A stretch of DNA of 64,000 nt from Solirubrobacterales bacterium (GCA_046330305.1 JAXLTA010000009.1:7349-71348); one strand, 5' to 3'; positions 35,760 through 43,215 are shown, counted from the first letter of the stretch. Numbers and translations: made by a program. Notes: generated by a model not told the origin, from the sequence alone.

Positions 35760-37253
35760 ATGGGCCTCAACCTTGCAGCGAGCCTGACCGAGACCGCGGC
35801 GCGGGCGCCGGAGCGCGTCGCCGTCCGCCTCGGCGAGACCGCGCTCACCTACGCCGCGCTCGACGAGCGGAGCGCCCGCCTCGCCAGCCTCCTCCGCGAC
35901 CGCGGGCTGGCGGCCGGCGACCGGGTCGGGGTGATGCTGCCCAACGTGCCCGAGTTCGCGATCGCCTACTACGGCGTGCTGCGCGCCGGCGGCATCGTCG
36001 TGCCGATGAACGTGCTGCTGAAACGGCGCGAGATCGCCTTCTACCTGGAGGACTCCGGCGCCGGCACCCTGCTCGCCTGGCACGGCTTCGCCGACGAGGC
36101 GCGGGCCGGCGCCGCCACGGCGGGGGTGGAGCTGATCGAGATCGAGCCCGCGGCCTTCGCGGAGCTGCTGGCCGGCGCCGAGCCGAACCGGGAGCTCGCC
36201 GAGACCGAGCCCGAGGACACGGCGGTGATCCTCTACACCTCCGGCACGACCGGCCGGCCGAAGGGCGCGGAGCTGACCCACTTCAACCTCTCGCGCAACG
36301 CGGAGATCGCCTCGCGGACGACCTGCGAGGTCGCCGACGGCGACGTCGTCCTCGGCGCCCTGCCGCTCTTTCACTCCTTCGGCCAGACGGTGGGCATGAA
36401 CGCCTCGGTGCGGGTTGGCGCCACCCTCACGCTGGTCCCGAAATTCGATCCCGGCGAGGCGCTGGCGACGATCGGGCGCGACCGGGTCACCCACTTCTAC
36501 GGGGTGCCGACGATGTTCGGCGCGCTGCTGCACCACCCCGCGCGGGCGGAGACCGACACCTCCTCGCTGCGCACCTGTGTCACCGGCGGCGCCGCGATGC
36601 CGGTCGAGGTCCTGCGCGGGTTCGAGGAGGCCTTCGAATGCGTGGTGCTGGAGGGCTACGGGCTCTCGGAGACCTCGCCGGTCGCCAGCTCCAACCATCC
36701 CGGCATGGAGCGCAAGCCGGGCTCGATCGGGACGCCACTCGAGGACGTCGAGATGAAGGTGGTCGACGAGAACGACGAGGAGGTCCCCCAGGGCGAGATC
36801 GGCGAGATCGTGATCCGCGGGCACAACGTGATGAAGGGCTACTGGCGCCAGCCGGAGGCGACCGCCGAGGCCATGCGCGGCGGCTGGTTCCACAGCGGCG
36901 ACATGGCGCGGGTCGACGAGGACGGCTACTTCTTCATCGTCGACCGCAAGAAGGACCTGATCATCCGCGGCGGCTACAACGTCTACCCGCGTGAGGTCGA
37001 GGAGATCCTCTACGAGCACCCGAAGGTCCGCGAAGCCGCCGTGCTCGGCCTGCCGGACGAGGAGTGGGGCGAAGAGATCGGCGCCGCGGTCGTCCTCCAC
37101 GAGGGGGAGGAGATCGCGCCGGAGGAGCTCAGCGCCTACGTGCGGGAGCAGATCGCCGCCTACAAGTACCCGCGCGTCGTCTGGTTCCTCGACGAGCTGC
37201 CGAAAGGGCCGACGGGCAAGATCCTCAAGCGCGAGATCGCCGCTCCGGCCTGA
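35760..37253 (+). CDS. fadD: Long-chain-fatty-acid--CoA ligase (AMP-binding superfamily)
   Basis: Contains ILYTSGTTGRPKGAELTH, EGYGLSETSP, GWFHSGDMARVDEDGYFFIVDRKKDLI and PKGPTGKILKRE. Confidence 0.92.
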   Translation: MGLNLAASLTETAARAPERVAVRLGETALTYAALDERSARLASLLRDRGLAAGDRVGVMLPNVPEFAIAYYGVLRAGGIVVPMNVLLKRREIAFYLEDSGAGTLLAWHGFADEARAGAATAGVELIEIEPAAFAELLAGAEPNRELAETEPEDTAVILYTSGTTGRPKGAELTHFNLSRNAEIASRTTCEVADGDVVLGALPLFHSFGQTVGMNASVRVGATLTLVPKFDPGEALATIGRDRVTHFYGVPTMFGALLHHPARAETDTSSLRTCVTGGAAMPVEVLRGFEEAFECVVLEGYGLSETSPVASSNHPGMERKPGSIGTPLEDVEMKVVDENDEEVPQGEIGEIVIRGHNVMKGYWRQPEATAEAMRGGWFHSGDMARVDEDGYFFIVDRKKDLIIRGGYNVYPREVEEILYEHPKVREAAVLGLPDEEWGEEIGAAVVLHEGEEIAPEELSAYVREQIAAYKYPRVVWFLDELPKGPTGKILKREIAAPA

Positions 37254-37274
37254 AACTGGCTGCCCAGCCAGTTT
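37253..37274 (+). terminator. Short hairpin overlapping the fadD stop codon (weak terminator candidate)
   Basis: AAACTGGCT-GCCC-AGCCAGTTT has a 9-bp perfect stem. There is no U-tract beyond the TTT in the stem. Confidence 0.3.
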
Positions 37275-37320
37275 CCGCTAGGCTGGCCCGGACAGGGGAC
37301 CGCACGGCAAAGGAGCAGAG

Positions 37321-38607
37321 ATGAGCGTCGCTTCTCAGAGCTTGATGGACAACGTCACCTACGAGGACCTCTACCGCCGCTGGGAGCACGGCAACTGGAG
37401 CGCCTACGACCTCGACTTCAGCGGCGACCGGCCCGGCTGGGAGGGGCTGAGCGAGATCCAGCGCCGCTCGGCGATGTGGATCTACTCGATGTTCTACTAC
37501 GGCGAGGACCGGGTGGCCGACACGCTCGCGCCCTACGTGACCGCCGCCCCGACCGAGGAGCAGTCCTACTTCCTCGCCACCCAGCAGGTCGACGAGGTGC
37601 GCCACTCGATCTTCTTCCACCGCTTCTTCAAGGAGGTGATCGGCGTCGGCGGCGAGACCGTGGAGCAGACGCTGGCCTCCACCCTGCCGCAGCTGAACTG
37701 GGGCTACCGGGGGATCTTCGACCGCCTCGACCGGATGGCGGAGGAACTGCGCAGGGATCGCTCGCTGCCGAAGTACGCGCAGGCGATCACCCTCTACCAC
37801 CTGATCGTCGAGGGCAGCCTCGCCCAGCCGGGCCAGCACTTCATCGAGGACTTCTTCGCCTCGGCGGAGACGATGCCGGCCTTCAGCGCCGGCATGGCGA
37901 ACGTCTCGCGCGACGAGCAGCGCCACATCGGGTTCGGCGTCAAGGTCCTCTCCGAGCTGCTCGCCGAGGGCACGCCCGGGTGGGAGGAGAACCGGGCGGC
38001 GGTGGTCGAGCTGCTGCGGGAAACGCTGCCCTACGGGCCGGCAGTCTTCTCGCCGCCCGGGCTCGACCGCGAGTACACCGAGTGCTACGGCTTCCGCCTC
38101 GAGGACATCTTCGCCTTCGGCCTCAAGCTGATTCGCCAGCGCTGGCGGACGATCGGCTTCCCGACCGAGGAGATGCCGCCCGGGGTCTTCCCCTTCGACC
38201 CCGAGGAGAGCGCCGAGGCGGTCGCCGAGCGCCAGGTGAAGCTGATGATGGGCGGCATCCTCGGCGCGCCCGACGGTCCGCCACCGCAGTCGACCCCGGA
38301 GCTGCAACGCCTCTACTTCGACCTGATCGCCCGCGTCGCCGACCCGGCAGCCGCCAACGGCGAGCAGCTCGTCTACCAGTGGCGCTTCACCGATGCCGAC
38401 CCCTGGCACCTGATCCTCGACAACGGCTCGACCCGTGCCGAGCCGGGCCTGGCCCCCAACCCCACGGTGACCGTGGAGACCAGCTGGGCTGACTGGATCG
38501 CCTCGGGCAAACCCGATGCCAACCAGCTGAAGATGCTGCTCCAACGCCGGATCCGGCCGCGCGGCAAGGTTCGCGAGCTGGCGCGGATGCGGCGGGTGTT
38601 CGGGTAG
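37321..38607 (+). CDS. Ferritin-like di-metal carboxylate protein of the R2 (ribonucleotide reductase small subunit)-like / R2lox-like type, fused to a C-terminal SCP2-like domain
   Basis: Two ExxH motifs (QVDEVRHSIFF and SRDEQRHIGFG) plus the carboxylates GEDRV and IVEGSL. Phe sits at the position 4 residues after the first ExxH His. The C-terminal ~100 aa (WRFTDADPWHLILDNG...ETSWADWIASGKPDANQLKMLLQRRIRPRGKV) look like SCP2. Confidence 0.85.
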   Translation: MSVASQSLMDNVTYEDLYRRWEHGNWSAYDLDFSGDRPGWEGLSEIQRRSAMWIYSMFYYGEDRVADTLAPYVTAAPTEEQSYFLATQQVDEVRHSIFFHRFFKEVIGVGGETVEQTLASTLPQLNWGYRGIFDRLDRMAEELRRDRSLPKYAQAITLYHLIVEGSLAQPGQHFIEDFFASAETMPAFSAGMANVSRDEQRHIGFGVKVLSELLAEGTPGWEENRAAVVELLRETLPYGPAVFSPPGLDREYTECYGFRLEDIFAFGLKLIRQRWRTIGFPTEEMPPGVFPFDPEESAEAVAERQVKLMMGGILGAPDGPPPQSTPELQRLYFDLIARVADPAAANGEQLVYQWRFTDADPWHLILDNGSTRAEPGLAPNPTVTVETSWADWIASGKPDANQLKMLLQRRIRPRGKVRELARMRRVFG

Positions 38608-38651
38608 TCGCGGCGGGCGAGGGACGGGCCAAGGGACGAAGGCTTCGCGAG

Positions 38652-38774
38652 GGGGAGGGGTGGGGTGTCCCTCTTCACTCGGCCGTGTCGTCGGCGAGAA
38701 GCTTTCAAGCTCCTCGCCCGCAGCCCAGCCCTCCTCAGCCGCAAAACGATCAGAGGAACACCCCACCCCTCCCC
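38652..38774. repeat. Element copy A, left-arm rod hairpin
   Basis: 38652..38674 (GGGGAGGGGTGGGGTGTCCCTCT) pairs with 38752..38774 at 22 of 23 positions. The apical stem is GGCGAGAAGCTT-TC-AAGCTCCTCGCC. Confidence 0.75.
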
Positions 38775-38933
38775 TGGCAACAGGAACCACCGCCCGCGCC
38801 CGCTCCCAAAGCTTCAAAGGGACGAAGGCGCCCCGCCGAAAACGCAGTTCCGCTCGCTATGCGAGTGAAAGTGCGTTCTCAACGGGCGGTGATGGAAGCG
38901 CGCTCTCAAGCACCATTGAAAGCGCCAAGGCAT

Positions 38934-38978
38934 CCCGTGGTTCCTTGTGGACGCTCTGGGTCCGCAAGGAACCACGGG
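38934..38978. repeat. Element copy A, core hairpin H2
   Basis: CCCGTGGTTCCTTG (38934..38947) pairs perfectly with CAAGGAACCACGGG (38965..38978), with a 17-nt loop. Confidence 0.8.
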
Positions 38979-39004
38979 ATGGGAAAACGCCGGCTTTGCG
39001 GAGG

Positions 39005-39047
39005 GCGTGGTTCCTAACGGTCGCCAGGCGACCGTTAGGAACCACGC
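39005..39047. repeat. Element copy A, core hairpin H3 (43-bp perfect palindrome)
   Basis: GCGTGGTTCCTAACGGTCGCC-A-GGCGACCGTTAGGAACCACGC has 21-bp perfect arms. Confidence 0.85.
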
Positions 39048-39210
39048 GATTGGAGGCCGGTCCGGCTCTTCGAGAACGCGGGGCTGGGGTGCTCGTCCCT
39101 TGCCGCTCTTCGAGAGACGCTGGGCCTGGTCCCTTTCAAGCTCTGGGCAAGGGGGCGGGGCCTCGTCTTTGTCCGGGAGCTCCCGGGGTTGGGGGGCCGT
39201 GGAGCCTTCA

Positions 39211-39329
39211 GGGAGGGTCGGGTGACCCTCTGAACGTTTTGCGGCTGAGGAGGGCTGGGCTGCGGGCGAGAGCTCTCCCAACTCCCCGACGACGACACGG
39301 CCGAGTGAAGAGGGTCACCCGACCCTCCC
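39211..39329. repeat. Element copy A, right-arm rod hairpin
   Basis: 39211..39231 (GGGAGGGTCGGGTGACCCTCT) pairs with 39309..39329 at 21 of 21 positions. Confidence 0.8.
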
Positions 39330-39389
39330 GACCAGCCTCTCGTCCCCCACCCCCCTGCGAGCCCCCGTCCCTTACAGGGGGCCCGGTGC

Positions 39390-40805
39390 TCAGGCGATGG
39401 GCGGCCGAGCCGCCGCCCAAGGCCGCTCGGTCTCGAGCTGGCCGGCCAGCGAGAAGAGGGTCGCCTCGTCGCCGGGGCGGGCGACGACCTGGACGGCGAG
39501 CGGGAGGCCGTCGGCGGCGAAGCCGGTGGGCACCGACATCGCCGGGTTGCCGAGATGGTTCCAGGGGATGCAGTAGGGATAGAAGCGGCTCATCCCGAGC
39601 ACGGTGTAGAGGGCGCCGCGACCCTCCCACTTGCGCACCGGCAGCGCGGTGCCGCCCATCACGGGCATCACCAGGACGTCGAACTCGTCGAAGATCGCGT
39701 TGATCCGGAGGGCGTCCTCCTCACGGCCCGCCAGTGCCCGCTGGTAGACCGCCTCCGGGAGCAGGGAGCCGAGGCGGCCGAAGCCGCGCGTGCGCCGTTC
39801 CAGTCGGTCGGGGTGAGGCACCTCAGCGACGGAGTCGGCGACACCGCGCAGGAAGCGGGGGGTGATGTTGTTGGCGACGTTCCCCCAGTCGGGGTCGCGT
39901 TGCTGCACCTGGTGGCCGAGCGCGGTCAGCATCCGCGCCGCCTCCTCGACCGTGGCCGCGACCTCGTCGGAGAGGACCGGCGGCGCCAGCGCCCGCGGCG
40001 GCTTCGTCGACCAGGCGACGCGCAGCTTGCCGGGCGGGGATTGCGCCGACTCGACGAACGGCCGCTGCGGGGGCGGCGGCGCGCCGGGCTCCTTCGACCC
40101 ACCCGAGACGACGTCGAGCCAGAGGGCGCTGTCGACGACGTTACGACTGAGACAGCCGAGCGCGGCGAGACCGTGCCAGCCATCCAGTTCCGGCGCCAGC
40201 GAGACGCGGCCGCGCTGGGGCTTCAGCCCGAACAGGCCGCAGGAGGCCGCCGGCAGCCGGATCGAGCCGCCGCCGTCGCCGGCCAGGGCGACCGGGACGA
40301 GGCCGGCGGCGACCGCCGCGCCCGAGCCGCCGCTGGATCCGGCCGGGGTGCGCTGCGGGTTCCACGGATTGCGGGTGACGCCGTAGGTCGCCGACTCGGT
40401 GAAGCCGCAGATCGCCAGCTCGGGCAGGAGCGTGATGCCGACGATGATCGCGCCCGCCTCGCGCAGCCGGCGGACGACCTCGGAGTCGGCCTTGGCCGGG
40501 CGGTCGAAGGCATCGGTCCCCCAGGTGCGAACCTCGCCGGCGATCTCGACTTCGTCCTTGATCGCGATCGGCACCCCGAGCAGCGGCCGCGTCTCCCCCG
40601 CCCGCAGCCGCGCCTCGGCCTGCTCGGCTTCCAGCATCGCCTTCTCGGCGAAGACCTTGCGGAACGAGTTCAGCTGCGGGTCCAGGCGGGCGATTCGGTC
40701 GAGGCAGATGCCGACCAGCTCAGCCGGAGAGACCTCGTGCTCGCGGACCATCTCCGCCATCCGCGCGGCGCCGGCAAAGGCGATCTCCTCGGCTCCCTTG
40801 GCCAC
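39390..40805 (-). CDS. Amidase (amidase-signature family)
   Basis: Contains GGSSGGSGAAVAAGLVPVALAGDGGGSIRLPAASCGLFGLKP (AS Gly/Ser-rich signature) and the KD..E region LLGVPIAIKDE. Confidence 0.9.
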   Translation of the reverse strand: MAKGAEEIAFAGAARMAEMVREHEVSPAELVGICLDRIARLDPQLNSFRKVFAEKAMLEAEQAEARLRAGETRPLLGVPIAIKDEVEIAGEVRTWGTDAFDRPAKADSEVVRRLREAGAIIVGITLLPELAICGFTESATYGVTRNPWNPQRTPAGSSGGSGAAVAAGLVPVALAGDGGGSIRLPAASCGLFGLKPQRGRVSLAPELDGWHGLAALGCLSRNVVDSALWLDVVSGGSKEPGAPPPPQRPFVESAQSPPGKLRVAWSTKPPRALAPPVLSDEVAATVEEAARMLTALGHQVQQRDPDWGNVANNITPRFLRGVADSVAEVPHPDRLERRTRGFGRLGSLLPEAVYQRALAGREEDALRINAIFDEFDVLVMPVMGGTALPVRKWEGRGALYTVLGMSRFYPYCIPWNHLGNPAMSVPTGFAADGLPLAVQVVARPGDEATLFSLAGQLETERPWAAARPPIA

Positions 40806-40823
40806 GGAGCCAATCCTACGTGC

Positions 40824-43079
40824 TCAGGCCTCGACCGGCTCGGGCTCGGCGCCGCCCTCGAAGCTGAGGTTCGGCAGCGCCCGGTCCAGCCAGGCCGGCA
40901 TCCACCAGTTCCAGCGACCCATCAGCTTCATCGCCGCCGGCACCAGGATCAGCCGCACCAGGGTCGCGTCGAGGGCGATCGCCACCGCGCAGCCGAGGCC
41001 GAGCTCCTTGATCGAGGGCACACCGGTGAGGACGAAGACGGCGAAGACCGCGGTCATGATCAGCGCCGCCGAGGAGATGGTCCGCGCGCTCGAGGCGAGG
41101 CCCTCGGCGACCGCGAGCTCGTTGTCGCCGTGGCGCATGTAGCGCTCGCGGATCCGCGACATCAGGAAGACCTCGTAGTCCATCGAGAGGCCGAAGACGA
41201 CGGCGAAGATCAGCGGCACGTTGATCGTGTCGATCGCGCCCTGGCCTTCGAAGCCGAGCACGCCGTCAAGCCAGCCCCATTGGAAGATCGCGACCAGCAC
41301 CCCGAAGGCGGCGCCGATCGAGAGCAGGTTCATCAGCACCGCCTTCAGCGGCAGCAGCAACGAGCGCAGCATCACCATCAGGACGACGAAGCTGAGCGCG
41401 AGGACGAAGAGGACGATCTTCCACATCGAGCCGGCGATCTGCTCGCGGACGTCGTGGCTGCGCGCGGTTTCACCGCCGACGCTGACCGTCGCGGTGCGCG
41501 CCAGGGCGCTGGCGGGGACGACCGTCTCCCGCAACCGCTCGACCAGCGCCGTCGCCGCGTCGGACTCGCTGCCGGCCCGGGGGGTGGCCTGCAGGAGGAC
41601 GCTCTGCGCCGAGTAGGCCGGCGGGGCGACCGAGCTGATCCCCGGCGTGGCCCGCAGCTCCCGGGCGAAGGCGGCGACGGCTGCGCGGTCCGCACCGCCC
41701 GGCGGATGACCGAGGTCGGCGACGATCTGGATCGGGTCGGTGCCGCCGCCGAGCGCCCGCGAGGCGAGCTCGTTGCCGACCCGGACGTCGCTGCTCGGCG
41801 GGAACTGCCGCAGCGCCTCGGTCCCGGTCTGGATCGAGAGCAGCGGCGTGGCGAGGAACAGCAGCAGCGCCGAGACCGAAAGCACGGCCGTCCAGGGGTG
41901 CGCCATTACCGCGGCGGTCCAGTGCCGCCAGAACGGGCTCGCCCCCGCGCCGGCGGCGCCCGCCCCCGCGCCCACGCCCACGTCCGTGCCCCCCGCGCCG
42001 CGCTCGGGGCGGCGCACCACCCGGCGCCGCACGAAGCTCTCGATGCGGCCGACCACCCCGCCCGGCAGGACCCGGTCGCCCAGCATCGCGATCAGCGCCG
42101 GCAGCAGCGTCGTCGCGGTCAGGATCGAGACCGCGACGACGGTCATCGCCCCGAGCGCCATCGAGCGCAGCGCCTGGTTGTCGACCATCCAGAGGCCGGC
42201 CAGGGAGATGATCACGGCGAGGCCGGAGAAGGTGACGGCGAGGCCGGAGGTCGAGAGCGAGCGGGCCCGAGCCTCCCGCTTGGAGAGCCCGGCCTGGCGC
42301 TCCTCGCGGTAGCGGGCGAGGATGAAGAGGGAGTAGTCGATCGCCACCCCGATCCCGATCATCGACGCCATGTTGGTGACGAACACCGACATCGTCATCT
42401 GCAGCGAGATGAGGTAGATCAGCGCGCCGGTGACCAGCACGCTGACGAACCCGAGCGCCAGCGGCAGCGCCGCGGCGGCGAGCGAGCCGAAGACGACGAG
42501 GAGGATGATCGCGACCAGCGGGAAGCCGCTCGCCTCCGCCTCGCTCAGATCCCGCTTCGAGATTTCCTGCATACCGGCCCAGATCGTCGGCTGGCCGACC
42601 AGGTACGGCGTGACCCCGCCCACGGCGCTGCCGGGGTCGAGGTCGCCGCGCAGGGTCGCCGCCGAGTCGATCAACCGGTCCGAGGAGAGGTCGCTGCGCA
42701 GCGCCAGCAGGGCCGTCCCGGTCCGCTGCAGACGAGCACGGCCGGCGCGCGCGGCGCGCGGCGGCAGGACGACGTCGGGCACGCCGGCGATCTCACGCCG
42801 GACCCGGGCGACGGCAGCGGCGCGCTCTGCCGCGCTCGCCCCCGGCGCCGCCCGCAGCAGCACCGCGATCCCGTCCCCGCGGGCGCTGAACTCGTCCTGC
42901 AGGGCTTCGGAGACGCGCTTGGACTGGCTGCCGGGAACGTCGAACCCGCCGCCGGTCAGGTGGTCGGTCTGCCGGGCCGCGAACGGCAGCGCGGCCAGTA
43001 CGATCACCACCCAGACGGCGAGGACCCAGCGCCGGCGCCGGCCGACCGCGGCGGCAAGCCTTTCCATCGTGCTCCTCAT
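40824..43079 (-). CDS. MMPL-family (RND superfamily) membrane transporter
   Basis: Two 6-TM bundles are separated by soluble domains. The N-terminus RRRWVLAVWVVIVLAALPFAARQTDHLTGGGFDVPGSQS and the motifs GIGVAIDYSLFILARYREE and VFGLSMDYEVFLMSRIRE are MMPL-typical. Confidence 0.9.
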   Translation of the reverse strand: MRSTMERLAAAVGRRRRWVLAVWVVIVLAALPFAARQTDHLTGGGFDVPGSQSKRVSEALQDEFSARGDGIAVLLRAAPGASAAERAAAVARVRREIAGVPDVVLPPRAARAGRARLQRTGTALLALRSDLSSDRLIDSAATLRGDLDPGSAVGGVTPYLVGQPTIWAGMQEISKRDLSEAEASGFPLVAIILLVVFGSLAAAALPLALGFVSVLVTGALIYLISLQMTMSVFVTNMASMIGIGVAIDYSLFILARYREERQAGLSKREARARSLSTSGLAVTFSGLAVIISLAGLWMVDNQALRSMALGAMTVVAVSILTATTLLPALIAMLGDRVLPGGVVGRIESFVRRRVVRRPERGAGGTDVGVGAGAGAAGAGASPFWRHWTAAVMAHPWTAVLSVSALLLFLATPLLSIQTGTEALRQFPPSSDVRVGNELASRALGGGTDPIQIVADLGHPPGGADRAAVAAFARELRATPGISSVAPPAYSAQSVLLQATPRAGSESDAATALVERLRETVVPASALARTATVSVGGETARSHDVREQIAGSMWKIVLFVLALSFVVLMVMLRSLLLPLKAVLMNLLSIGAAFGVLVAIFQWGWLDGVLGFEGQGAIDTINVPLIFAVVFGLSMDYEVFLMSRIRERYMRHGDNELAVAEGLASSARTISSAALIMTAVFAVFVLTGVPSIKELGLGCAVAIALDATLVRLILVPAAMKLMGRWNWWMPAWLDRALPNLSFEGGAEPEPVEA

Positions 43080-43117
43080 CGCTGCGCCAGCCTCTCGCCT
43101 GAGCGAATTGACGGACT

Positions 43118-43148
43118 GTGAGTGGGGTCACAGGGTGACCGGGCTCAC
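43118..43148. promoter_or_regulatory. Imperfect 31-bp palindrome between tetR and mmpL (candidate TetR operator)
   Basis: GTGAG-TGG-GGTCAC-AGG-GTGACC-GGG-CTCAC has perfect 6-bp inner and 5-bp outer arms. It lies 39-69 nt upstream of the MMPL start codon. Confidence 0.3.
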
Positions 43149-43158
43149 GCGGCGGTTA

Positions 43159-43211
43159 CCGCATTTCACCCCCCAGAGGGGGTGAAACGAGGAAGCCGCG
43201 GAGCGCGGGCG
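43159..43211. repeat. Small palindromic 3'-flank motif, copy 2
   Basis: CCGCATTTCACCCCCC-AGA-GGGGGTGAAACGAGG followed by AAGCCGCGGAGCGCGGGCG. It ends 4 nt before the stop codon (43216) of the minus-strand tetR gene and aligns with 13925..13980. Confidence 0.6.
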
Positions 43212-43215
43212 GGCG

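Larger units (their letters stand above)
38626..39384. repeat. Copy A of a ~0.75 kb nested-palindromic, apparently non-coding, MITE-like element
   Basis: It aligns end to end with 49884..50604, with scattered substitutions and one ~36-nt indel. The termini are inverted (GGGCC..AAGGGACG... / ...CGTCCCTT..GGCCC) and symmetry continues into the core. There is no frame with coding-type GC3. It lies between the convergent stops at 38607 and 39390. Boundaries are good to about 10 bp. Confidence 0.8.

Noticed and set aside
38626-39384. CRISPR array, retron msr/msd or group II intron as explanations for the structured repeat
   Set aside because: There are no short regularly spaced direct repeats with unique spacers, no cas genes and no reverse transcriptase. 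I could not recognise any intron domain V/VI-like features.
38660-39703. ORFs crossing the 0.75 kb repeats (38660..39703, 38685..39017, 38814..39281, 49941..50456, 48092..50293, 49813..50073 and others)
   Set aside because: Their products are low-complexity Pro/Arg/Gly/Ser sequences and there is no GC3 bias. ORFs occur in several frames on both strands, as expected for palindromic GC-rich DNA, and frames are not preserved between copies A and B across the indel. I treat them as non-coding, apart from the read-through of the PucR-family gene noted in the findings.
39555-43121. 1188-aa + strand ORF
   Set aside because: It is the antisense shadow of the amidase and MMPL genes. It has no recognisable domains and a biased Arg/Gly/Asp/Glu composition.
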